54,398 nt of DNA, taken from sequence record SRR31156797_8656, one strand, 5' to 3'. The notes under the pieces were generated by a model, which did no database searches, was not told the origin of the DNA, and saw only the letters and a program-made list of their open reading frames with translations. This document shows, piece by piece, positions 28,779 through 37,791 of the stretch. The stretch's first letter is position 1; each line of letters starts with the position of its first letter. Both the position numbers and the translations under genes were made by a program.

Positions 28779-29720
28779 ATGAGAGAAGAAATAATTATAA
28801 GTGGAAGAAATAATCCACTAATTGATCCTCAGTTACATGTTTGGCACTGGGAAATACCAACATACCTTTTTCTTGGAGGGTTGGCGGCAGGATTAATGTT
28901 TTTTGCGGCACTTTATACCATTCGAAATAAGGAGAATGAATATAAAACAGCAGTGCAAATTGCTCCAATGCTGGCACCAATTGCCCTAATGCTGGGTTTG
29001 GTTGCTCTGTTTTTGGATTTGCATCATAAATTGTATTTCTGGAGATTGTATACCACAATACGTTTAGAGTCACCAATGTCTTGGGGAGCCTGGACATTAA
29101 TGGTTGTTACTCCTATTTCTATGATTTGGACAGCAATGCACATTAAAGAAGTATTTCCTAAATGGAATTGGAAGTTTGATGTGATTGAAGAATTAATTGA
29201 GTTCTTTAAGAAAAACAAGAAAACAATTGCCTGGATCATGTTGATTTCATCAGCAATCCTTGGTATTTATACGGGAATTTTGTTTTCAGCTTTTAATGCA
29301 CGTCCGCTTTGGAATACTTCCATTTTAGGACCTTTGTTCCTAGCGTCAGGTTTATCTGCAGGAGCAGCTGTTGTAATTTGGATGACTAAAAATCACGCAG
29401 AACGTAAGCGCTTTGCCCAATTGGATTTAATGATTATAGGAATAGAATTATTTTTGATCATTCATATGTTCATGGGATTTTTGGCAAGTACACAAGTACA
29501 AATTGATGCAGCAAATTTATTTTTAGGTGGTGCATATACTGCACCCTTCTGGATTTTCGTTGTATTCCTGGGAATGATTGTTCCAGCAATACTGGAGGGA
29601 ATGGAATTAAAAGGGTATAGAATCCCGGTTGCAATACCAGTAGTATTAGTGCTGTTTGGAAGTGTGATGCTTAGATTTTTAATTTCTAATGCAGGACAAG
29701 CTAGCAGATGGCTTTATTAA
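28779..29720 (+). CDS. psrC: NrfD/PsrC quinol-oxidising membrane anchor
   Basis: WHWEIPTYLFLGGLAAG, LFLDL, SPMSWGAW, YTGIL...RPLWN. Confidence 0.88.
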   Translation: MREEIIISGRNNPLIDPQLHVWHWEIPTYLFLGGLAAGLMFFAALYTIRNKENEYKTAVQIAPMLAPIALMLGLVALFLDLHHKLYFWRLYTTIRLESPMSWGAWTLMVVTPISMIWTAMHIKEVFPKWNWKFDVIEELIEFFKKNKKTIAWIMLISSAILGIYTGILFSAFNARPLWNTSILGPLFLASGLSAGAAVVIWMTKNHAERKRFAQLDLMIIGIELFLIIHMFMGFLASTQVQIDAANLFLGGAYTAPFWIFVVFLGMIVPAILEGMELKGYRIPVAIPVVLVLFGSVMLRFLISNAGQASRWLY

Positions 29721-29754
29721 CCAAATTTTGAGAATAAACTTAAAACACTATAAA

Positions 29755-30276
29755 ATGAGCGAAGTGAAAAAAACAAAATACTTTAATCCGTATATCGGAG
29801 GTGTATTGTTAGGACTTGTGCTTTTGGCGGCAAATTTTGTTTCTGGTCGTGGATTGGGAGCAAGTGGTGCAATTAAAAGTGCTGTGGTATCTACAGTAAA
29901 TACTGTTGCTCCAACTCATGCCGAAAATGCGACATATTATAAGGAGTATAATGAAACACATTCAAACCCAATGAAATCCTGGTTGGTATTTCAATTAATG
30001 GGTGTATTAGTAGGAGGATTTTTATCAGGAGCTTTTGCGAAACGTTTAAAATTTAAAGTGGAGCACTCTCCAAAAATCACATCAAAACGAAGAATTATTT
30101 TTGCAATTCTTGGAGGAATGTTCTTTGGTTTTGGTTCTCAATTAGGAAGAGGCTGCACAAGTGGATCCGCTTTAAGTGGAATGGCTGTGCTTTCGGTTGG
30201 AGGATTTTTAACCATGGCATGTATATTCGGAACAGCATTTGCCTTGGCTTACTTTTTTAGAAAGAACTGGATTTAA
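29755..30276 (+). CDS. YeeE/YedE sulfur-compound transporter, half-size subunit 1
   Basis: NPYIGGVLLG, GLGAS, GRGCTSG; ATG 29755 preferred over the start that overlaps psrC. Confidence 0.85.
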   Translation: MSEVKKTKYFNPYIGGVLLGLVLLAANFVSGRGLGASGAIKSAVVSTVNTVAPTHAENATYYKEYNETHSNPMKSWLVFQLMGVLVGGFLSGAFAKRLKFKVEHSPKITSKRRIIFAILGGMFFGFGSQLGRGCTSGSALSGMAVLSVGGFLTMACIFGTAFALAYFFRKNWI

Positions 30277-30301
30277 TTTTAAATGTATAAACAAATAGAT
30301 T

Positions 30302-30892
30302 ATGGCACCATTAATTGTTAATGAAATAATTTCACCAGACACCAATTTGTTAATCGCATTTTTAATTGGAATTGGTTTTGGATTTGTGTTAGAAGGTAGT
30401 GGATTTTCGTCGAGTCGAAAGTTGGCGGGAATGTTCTACGGATATGACACAACGGTATTAAAAGTATTCTTTACAGCTGCAATAACCGCAATGGTTGGGA
30501 TGTTGTTTTTTAGTCTTTTCGGATGGATAGATTTAGATTTTGTATACATTAATCCAACTTATATTACTTCGGCAGTAGTCGGAGGAGTGGTTATGGGAGT
30601 AGGTTTCATCATGGGTGGATTTTGTCCTGGAACTGCCTTTTGTGCAATATCAATAGGTAAATTAGATGCTTTGGCATTTATAGGAGGATTAACATTAGGT
30701 ATTGTATTTTTTACTGAAGGTTACCCATTGTTTGAAGAGATGTATAAAGCGAATTTTATAGGTACACCTACAATGAATGAGTTACTTGATATTCCAAGAG
30801 GCGTATTCGCTTTAGGATTAATTTTGATGGCATTTGCTATGTTTTGGGTTGGCGAATGGGCTGAGAAAAAATTTCCTCGTGAGGAGTATTAA
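30302..30892 (+). CDS. YeeE/YedE sulfur-compound transporter, half-size subunit 2
   Basis: GIGFGFVLE, GGFCPGT. Confidence 0.85.
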   Translation: MAPLIVNEIISPDTNLLIAFLIGIGFGFVLEGSGFSSSRKLAGMFYGYDTTVLKVFFTAAITAMVGMLFFSLFGWIDLDFVYINPTYITSAVVGGVVMGVGFIMGGFCPGTAFCAISIGKLDALAFIGGLTLGIVFFTEGYPLFEEMYKANFIGTPTMNELLDIPRGVFALGLILMAFAMFWVGEWAEKKFPREEY

Positions 30893-30915
30893 TTAAAACT
30901 GTTAAAATCAATATC

Positions 30916-31536
30916 ATGAATATAAGATTAATACTAGCATCGATATTTATTCCATTGGGAATTATTATTGCTGCAGTACCCGAAAATACAACCAAGCAAT
31001 ATAAATTAACTGCTGCAGAATTGCTTGATGAGGTAAAAGATGGAACTCAGTTTGTAAGTACAGATGAGATTGCTGACATGTTGGTTCAGAAAGATCCAAG
31101 TTTGCAGTTAATTGATGTTCGTTCTCAGGTAGAATTTGAGAAGTATAGTTTGCCTGGTTCTGTTAATATTCCTTTAACAGATATTCTATCAGATAACTAT
31201 GAAGAGTATTTAGACCAGGGAGTTAAGATGAATGTTTTTTACTCAAATGGAAATTTAAAAGCCAACGAAGCCTGGATGATTACCAGACAATTGGGTTTTG
31301 AGAATAATTTCGTACTGCAAGGTGGATTAAATTATTGGGCTGAAACTATTTTGAATCCTCAAGCTCCTAAATCAGTAATGGCTGATGATGAAATTGCCAA
31401 ATACGATTTTAGAAAAGGTGCAAGTGCTGCACTTGGTGGAGGTAACGAAGTTGTGTCGAATTCCAATACAGCTAAAAAACCTAAACCAACTGTTAAAAAG
31501 AGAAAAAAGAAAAAGAGAGTCGCTGGTGGATGCTAG
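30916..31536 (+). CDS. Anchored/exported rhodanese-domain protein with Lys-rich tail ending AGGC
   Basis: LIDVRS..EF...SLPGSVNIP and LQGGLNYW rhodanese motifs; active-site loop reads VFYS; the only Cys is the last residue. Confidence 0.85.
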   Translation: MNIRLILASIFIPLGIIIAAVPENTTKQYKLTAAELLDEVKDGTQFVSTDEIADMLVQKDPSLQLIDVRSQVEFEKYSLPGSVNIPLTDILSDNYEEYLDQGVKMNVFYSNGNLKANEAWMITRQLGFENNFVLQGGLNYWAETILNPQAPKSVMADDEIAKYDFRKGASAALGGGNEVVSNSNTAKKPKPTVKKRKKKKRVAGGC

Positions 31537-31556
31537 AAATAGCATTTTAATAATAG

Positions 31557-31589
31557 AAAGCCTTTTTGATTTATCAGAAAGGCTTTTTT
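31557..31589 (+). terminator. Intrinsic terminator closing the psr operon
   Basis: aaagcctttttgat-tt-atcagaaaggcttt followed by a T-run. Confidence 0.8.
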
Positions 31590-31870
31590 GATATTAGTAA
31601 TTTATCTGTTCGGAGTGTTTTATCGTCGGTGTCATCGTTATATGTCTTTGTATCAGTTGATGCGTGCAATGTACTGATACTCTGTTTATTTACATTAAAT
31701 AAAAATTAACTTTTTCTGGAAAATAGTGCGTGAATAAGAGGTTGGTATTTAGATAGTTGGAAATGTGAGTGGTTTTATATGTATATATATGATATAAAAC
31801 ATATATGGATGAGTTTAATGTTTATATTTTGCTTAGCGAAACCTAATTATATCAAACTAATTCATAAAAC

Positions 31871-33244
31871 ATGAAAAATACTTTTAAGATTATTGTTGCG
31901 GCTCTATTTATTACAGCTGGAACGTTTTCAACTCAAAACGCAAATGCGACAGATGGATATTTCGGTGTTGGGTATGGTGCGCAAAATAAAGGAGTTGCTG
32001 GAGCAGGAATCGCTTGGTATAAAAATTCTTTAATTAATGGTAACCCTGCAGGTCATGTTTTCCTAGGCAAACAATATGAGTTTGGAGTTGGTTTTTTTAA
32101 CCCAAATAGAGAATATACAGTAACTGGAAATCCTTCTGGTATGCCTGGAACTTTTGGATTATTGCCAGGAAATGTGAAGAGTGACTCAAGATCGTTCCTG
32201 ATACCTAGTATGGGAGCAAATTGGATGCTTAATGAAAAGAGTAGTATTTCAGCAGCGTTTTTTGGAAATGGTGGAATGAATACTGATTATCCTCCAACAA
32301 CAATGCCAGATGGTACTAAGGTTGGAACATTTGGTGCGTCAGGAAAGACAGGTGTTGATTTGGCTCAAATGTTTCTAGGTTTAACTTACTCAAGAAAAAT
32401 TGCTGAAAAACATAGTTTTGGTGTAACAGCTTTATTGGCTTATCAATATTTCGAAGCAACAGGTTTAGGTGCTTTTGGTGATAGTCAAATGTCAACAGAC
32501 ATAACAAAATTAACTGATAATGGTCATTCTGGATCTTTTGGTTATGGTGTTAAACTTGGATATATGGGAGAAATCGCTAAAGGTTTAACATTTGGAGCAA
32601 GTTATCAAACTATGCTTTATATGAGTGAATTTGATGATTATGCTGGTTTATTTGCAGAGCAGGGTGATTTTGATGTTCCATCGACCTGGACTGTTGGTTT
32701 AGCGTATGAAATTAACGAAGATTGGGCAGTAATGGCTGATCTTAAGCGTATTAATTATTCTGATGTAGCTGCTGTATCTAATCCACTTGATTTAAGCACA
32801 GCTGCTCCTGGAGGATTTGATCCACTAGGAAATTTTGTTCCGAATCCAAACTTTAAAGGTCTAGGAGATGATGATGGAGCAGGATTTGGATGGGATGATA
32901 TTAATGTAATAAAGGTAGGTGCAGAGTACTCTGGAATTGATACTTGGACATTAAGAGCGGGGTATTCTCATTGTGATCAACCAATACAAAGTTCTGAAGT
33001 AATGTTTAATATATTAGCTCCTGGTGTTATCGAAGATCATATTACATTAGGTTGCTCTAAAGTTGTAAGCGAATCAGGAAATGCAATACATCTTGCTGTT
33101 GTTTATGCTTTACCTGCGTCTGTTAAAGGATACAACCCAATGGATTTTGATCCAACGGAAGCAATGAATGGAAATATGGTTCCAAACCAAACTATTGAAA
33201 TAGAAATGAATCAATTAGAAATTGAGGTTGCATTTACTTTCTAA
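31871..33244 (+). CDS. FadL/OmpP1/TodX-family outer-membrane channel
   Basis: Signal peptide, TDGYF..GYG...GVAGAG, NPAG hatch motif, GNGGMNTDY, C-terminal Phe. Confidence 0.85.
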   Translation: MKNTFKIIVAALFITAGTFSTQNANATDGYFGVGYGAQNKGVAGAGIAWYKNSLINGNPAGHVFLGKQYEFGVGFFNPNREYTVTGNPSGMPGTFGLLPGNVKSDSRSFLIPSMGANWMLNEKSSISAAFFGNGGMNTDYPPTTMPDGTKVGTFGASGKTGVDLAQMFLGLTYSRKIAEKHSFGVTALLAYQYFEATGLGAFGDSQMSTDITKLTDNGHSGSFGYGVKLGYMGEIAKGLTFGASYQTMLYMSEFDDYAGLFAEQGDFDVPSTWTVGLAYEINEDWAVMADLKRINYSDVAAVSNPLDLSTAAPGGFDPLGNFVPNPNFKGLGDDDGAGFGWDDINVIKVGAEYSGIDTWTLRAGYSHCDQPIQSSEVMFNILAPGVIEDHITLGCSKVVSESGNAIHLAVVYALPASVKGYNPMDFDPTEAMNGNMVPNQTIEIEMNQLEIEVAFTF

Positions 33245-33262
33245 AAAGACTTAAAATGATAT

Positions 33263-33298
33263 AAAAAAGAGGTTTTTCATTTGAAAAACCTCTTTTTT
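33263..33298. terminator. Bidirectional terminator
   Basis: aaaaaagaggtttttca-tt-tgaaaaacctctttttt between convergent genes. Confidence 0.88.
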
Positions 33299-33304
33299 GT
33301 TTTA

Positions 33305-34348
33305 TTATTTCTTATTCTTTGAAAATAAACGAGAAAACAAAGCACTTATAAATTCTCGAAAGGGAACTGGTTGAATTCCACGTTTCCTGTTTTCCATGCT
33401 AATATCATAAACAAGTCTCATATGTTTGATAATTTCTTTATAAGCTTTTAGTAAAGGGAAGTCAGGATCATAAATGTGAGCAGGTTCAGAATTGGTACCA
33501 TTCAACTCAATTATTTTGATATTTTTACCTTCATATAAATCCGCCAAGCTGTTCACTTTTAAATCGAATCTACCATAGTAATAACCATTAAGAGGTTTTG
33601 AAATTTCTCGAAAAACTGCAACTAATTTATCATTGATAAGGTGATTACCATCAAGAAACTTGGTTCCTCTGTTATGATTTCCAATCGGTTCTAATTTATA
33701 GCTAATACCTGCAGGAATAACTTGATTCCACTTTGATTTGTACTTATTTCTCAAATAGGAAATTCTGCCTTTTGCACGAATATTATCTTTAATCAGTTCT
33801 CCAAATTTTGCTTTCCCATTTCCGGTTATGCTTAAAAATTCTTTACGAACAATTGAGGTAATACCATCATTACCTGAAATTGGAAATCGGTGGTAGAATA
33901 CACCCAACTCAATAGGAAAATCAATAAATTCCTGGATTAAAATATCCTCCGATTGGTTTTTCATGAAACTTTCGAAATCATGTATCGAATCTATTTTCTC
34001 TATACCGACTCCTCGTTCTCCAACATTGGGCTTACAAATAATCGGAAAATTTATTTCGTGTTTCTTCATTAATTCGTGCAATGCAATAATTGTTTGTGCA
34101 GAATTACTTACAAAACCTTTTGGTACATATTGTTTTTTGATTGACTTTAGGATTTCCATTTTATCCATTCCAAATGCTCCGCCAAATTTCATTGCGGGAT
34201 TTGCTGGAGTAAAGTAGGCAAAAGCTTTGGCTTTTATTGCCAAAATAATCCCATATCCAAACATTGGGATGTAAAATATCCAGAATGGCCAAAACTCAAA
34301 TCGAAACCATTTTGAAATAAAAAAAGGGAGTTTAAAAAATCGCTTCAT
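33305..34348 (-). CDS. ATP-grasp-fold protein with N-terminal membrane segment
   Basis: FPIICKPNVGERGVGIEKI, LIQEFI, YYGRFDLK, IIELNG. Confidence 0.75.
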   Translation of the reverse strand: MKRFFKLPFFISKWFRFEFWPFWIFYIPMFGYGIILAIKAKAFAYFTPANPAMKFGGAFGMDKMEILKSIKKQYVPKGFVSNSAQTIIALHELMKKHEINFPIICKPNVGERGVGIEKIDSIHDFESFMKNQSEDILIQEFIDFPIELGVFYHRFPISGNDGITSIVRKEFLSITGNGKAKFGELIKDNIRAKGRISYLRNKYKSKWNQVIPAGISYKLEPIGNHNRGTKFLDGNHLINDKLVAVFREISKPLNGYYYGRFDLKVNSLADLYEGKNIKIIELNGTNSEPAHIYDPDFPLLKAYKEIIKHMRLVYDISMENRKRGIQPVPFREFISALFSRLFSKNKK

Positions 34349-34545
34349 AAATTAGTCACAAGAAATTATGGTGTTAATAGAAATGCTGAAATTCAATTTC
34401 ACTACTCTGAAGGTAGTAAAATCGCGCTGTAATTTTTACTTTTTAGAATTAATTGCATAAGGTAAATGTTTAAAACTTGCTTTGCTATGAAAAATATTGA
34501 TAATTTGATATATTGTAACATATCAATCTTTATTGAAATTAAACT

Positions 34546-35067
34546 ATGCATATACAAATAAAATCAGCCTCAAAGGAAATTTTAGGTCAACTTATTGACT
34601 TGTGTAATTCCCTTTCAACAGAGCAATTTTCTAAACCATTGACCTTGCTTTCAAAAAATACAATTGGAAAACATGTTAGACACATTGTTGAGTTTTACGA
34701 CATTTTGATTGATGCAGAACAAAAATCTAATACCTTAAGTTACGATCTTCGAGTTCATTGCGAAAAGACAGAAAAAGATATTGAATTGGCAAAAAATAGA
34801 CTCAGCAGAATATACAAATGGCTTGATGGACTGGATGAGAATGGAAGTTTTGACTTGAATATCAGCTATAATAAGAATAATAATGAATGCTTCAAGGTAA
34901 AAACTAGTTTAGATAGAGAATTGGTTTATAATATTGAACATGCAATACATCATATGGCAATTTTACGAATTGCCGTTGAAAATGAGCTCAAATCGGTTAA
35001 TTTGGATCAACATTTTGGAGTTGCATATTCAACCATTAGATTTAGAGATGATTTATGTGCACGTTAA
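34546..35067 (+). CDS. DinB/YfiT-like metalloprotein
   Basis: TIGKHVRHIVE and RELVYNIEHAIHHMA His motifs; FGVAYST. Confidence 0.82.
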   Translation: MHIQIKSASKEILGQLIDLCNSLSTEQFSKPLTLLSKNTIGKHVRHIVEFYDILIDAEQKSNTLSYDLRVHCEKTEKDIELAKNRLSRIYKWLDGLDENGSFDLNISYNKNNNECFKVKTSLDRELVYNIEHAIHHMAILRIAVENELKSVNLDQHFGVAYSTIRFRDDLCAR

Positions 35068-35765
35068 CTTATATTCCCTTAGAAAAGTCTAACTATATAT
35101 TTACGACAAATCGTGATGAAAGTCCTAGACGTGCTGCATCTTACCCGGAAAGACAATTAATAAATGGTTTTGTTTCTATTTTTCCGAGAGATAAAGAAGC
35201 TGCTGGCACTTGGATGATGTACAATGAAAGTGGTTACTCTTTATGCCTGTTAAATGGTGCCTTTGTAAAGCATACTCATGAGCCTCCTTATAAAAAAAGT
35301 AGAGGTTTGGTGGTGTTAGAATATGCTAAATATAAATCTACCATTGATTTTATTTTGATTTATGATTTTTCAGGAATTGAACCATTTACACTTGTTATTG
35401 TTCGTAATAATGGAAAAAGGCAACCAGAAGAGCTAAGATGGGATGGCAAATCAATTCATTATAAGTGTTTGGATCCGGATATTCCTACAATTTGGTCATC
35501 TTCAACTTTATACGATCATAAGGCACAATGCCTAAGAAATGATTGGTTTGATAAATGGAAATGCAATAAAGATTTTTCTGTTGAGTCAATTCTTAATTTT
35601 CATAAAACAGCAGGGATGGGAGATGAAATTAATGGTTTGGTGATGAATCGAAAAGATATTGTTAAAACATTAAGTGTAACTCAAATTAGAAAAATAGATG
35701 ACGAAGTTTTAATGTATTATGAAGATTTTCATGATAAAAAAAGTATAGAATTAAATCTCAAATAA
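35055..35765 (+). CDS. NRDE/TANGO2 family protein (Ntn-hydrolase-like)
   Basis: MCT N-terminus, TNRDE, GTW, LLNG, SRG; overlaps the DinB stop. Confidence 0.88.
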   Translation: MCTLTYIPLEKSNYIFTTNRDESPRRAASYPERQLINGFVSIFPRDKEAAGTWMMYNESGYSLCLLNGAFVKHTHEPPYKKSRGLVVLEYAKYKSTIDFILIYDFSGIEPFTLVIVRNNGKRQPEELRWDGKSIHYKCLDPDIPTIWSSSTLYDHKAQCLRNDWFDKWKCNKDFSVESILNFHKTAGMGDEINGLVMNRKDIVKTLSVTQIRKIDDEVLMYYEDFHDKKSIELNLK

Positions 35766-35789
35766 AAAAGCCTCATCCGAGGCTTTTTT
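35764..35789. terminator. Bidirectional terminator
   Basis: aaaaaagcctc-atcc-gaggctttttt. Confidence 0.85.
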
Positions 35790-35809
35790 ATTTTAAATAT
35801 TTAAGAATA

Positions 35810-37468
35810 TTATTTCCCAGGACATTGTGATACAATTTCTGGTTGAATATTCTGCTTTCCATATGACTTGTCAAAGCTATCAGAGAATTTCTTCGCTAGC
35901 TTTTCAGATGTCTTCTTATAGTTTTCTTTGTTTTCCCATGTATTTACCGGATTTAAAATTTCAGTAGGTACATTTTCACAAGTTTTAGGAATATTCAAGT
36001 GGAAAAGTTCATCGTGAATGAATTCAACATCATTTAAATTTCCTTTTAGCGCTGCATCTACCATTGCTCTGGTATATTTTAGCTTGATTCGTGATCCTGT
36101 ACCATAAGATCCACCGCTCCATCCGGTATTAATTAAGAATACATTGGTATTGTGCTTGTCCATTTTATCACCAAGCATATCAGCATAAATATTCGGATTA
36201 CATGGCATAAATGGCTGACCAAAGAATCTTGAGAAGGTTGCCTGTGGCTCGGTTACTCCGGTCTCAGTTCCAGCCAACTTAGAAGTGTACCCCATCAAGA
36301 ACCAAAGCATTGCTTGCTCTTTTGTCAATTTTGATATTGGAGGTAATACACCGTAAGCATCTGCAGTTAGAAACAAAATGGTATTTGGATTGCCTGCCGT
36401 AGACGATTCTTTAATATTAGAAAGAAACGATAGGGGATAACTGGCTCTTGAGTTTGGAGTATACCTGTCATCGAAGAAATCCATATCTCCGTTTGGATAT
36501 AGCATTGCATTTTCAATAATGGCTCCATGCTTTGTGTATTCTGCATCGTGCATTACCGCTTCGTAAATTTCCGGCTCGTTTTCCGGCTTGATATCAATCA
36601 TTTTAGCGTAACAACCGTTTTCAAAGTTGAAAATACCATCATCACTCCATCCATGCTCATCATCTCCTAATAAAGCTCTGTTTGGATCTGCAGATAAGGT
36701 TGTTTTACCGGTTCCTGACAATCCTAATAAAAGGGCAGAATCACCATTAGGACCTTCGTTAGCAGAACAATGCAAAGGTAATACACCTTTAAATGGTAAG
36801 TAGTAGTTCATAACTGTGAACATTAGCTTTTTCATCGATCCCATGTAAGATGATCCAAATACGATACCCACCTTCTTATCAAAGTCAACTACTACACAAA
36901 TATCCGAAGTTTCGCCATTAGGAAGATCTCTAACAAGTCCTTTGTAACGATCTTTATCTAGTTTGTCATTTGGTAATGCAATTAAATAAAACTCATCATC
37001 TGCAAAAATCGATTTATTGATATCTACAGGTACTGCTCTAAACATGTTGTCAATAAAAACCTGACTTAAGCTCTTATCACAAATTGTTTTAACAGGAAGT
37101 GCATATTTAGAATCTGCACCAATTACTCTATCGGTAATATAAACTGTATCCTTCTTATCTATCACCTTAAGAGCATCTTCAAAAATCATCGCAAACGTTT
37201 GCGGGTTCATGCCGATATTATTGGGTGAAGACCAGTCTATATTAAAATCACTTTCCGGATTTCTTACAATGTATGTATCTTTAGGACTTCTTCCAGTTGA
37301 ATGAGCTGGAGTCCATGTAGCCAATGCACCGTTTTTTGTTAAAACAGCTTCTTTGTTTTCTACTGCTTGAGAAATGAATTCTTCTCGTGAGAGATTCTCT
37401 CGAATGTTAGAATGCTTTTTTAATGATTTTTTTAAATCTTCAATCATACTAATTTCAATAGCGTTCAT
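35810..37468 (-). CDS. pckA: Phosphoenolpyruvate carboxykinase (ATP)
   Basis: TGRSPKD, LHCSAN, GLSGTGKTTLS, LGDDEHGW, NFENGCYAK, INTGWSGG. Start is ATG 37468 or 37447. Confidence 0.95.
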   Translation of the reverse strand: MNAIEISMIEDLKKSLKKHSNIRENLSREEFISQAVENKEAVLTKNGALATWTPAHSTGRSPKDTYIVRNPESDFNIDWSSPNNIGMNPQTFAMIFEDALKVIDKKDTVYITDRVIGADSKYALPVKTICDKSLSQVFIDNMFRAVPVDINKSIFADDEFYLIALPNDKLDKDRYKGLVRDLPNGETSDICVVVDFDKKVGIVFGSSYMGSMKKLMFTVMNYYLPFKGVLPLHCSANEGPNGDSALLLGLSGTGKTTLSADPNRALLGDDEHGWSDDGIFNFENGCYAKMIDIKPENEPEIYEAVMHDAEYTKHGAIIENAMLYPNGDMDFFDDRYTPNSRASYPLSFLSNIKESSTAGNPNTILFLTADAYGVLPPISKLTKEQAMLWFLMGYTSKLAGTETGVTEPQATFSRFFGQPFMPCNPNIYADMLGDKMDKHNTNVFLINTGWSGGSYGTGSRIKLKYTRAMVDAALKGNLNDVEFIHDELFHLNIPKTCENVPTEILNPVNTWENKENYKKTSEKLAKKFSDSFDKSYGKQNIQPEIVSQCPGK

Positions 37469-37791
37469 GTGACATTTATATTTGGTTTGGAGCTTCAAAA
37501 GTATGACTATATATGAATAAATCCTACTATGTATATGTTTTTTTATAATTTTTAATGTGTTATTTCTCAGTATGTTTTACTACTTTTACCGTGGGGAAAA
37601 TTGATCTAGAAGCCATCAGAATGAAGGTTTTTTCAATTTTCTCCGTTTTTTTTGTTTAAGATAATGTATTCCTTCCCCTGAAATACAAACGTTTGCGTAA
37701 AATACCTTGACTTCAAATAAGGATAAATTATGATAATATTTAAATTGAGGTTTAACAGCTTATATTTGATCTGAATTTTAAAAAATGATAT

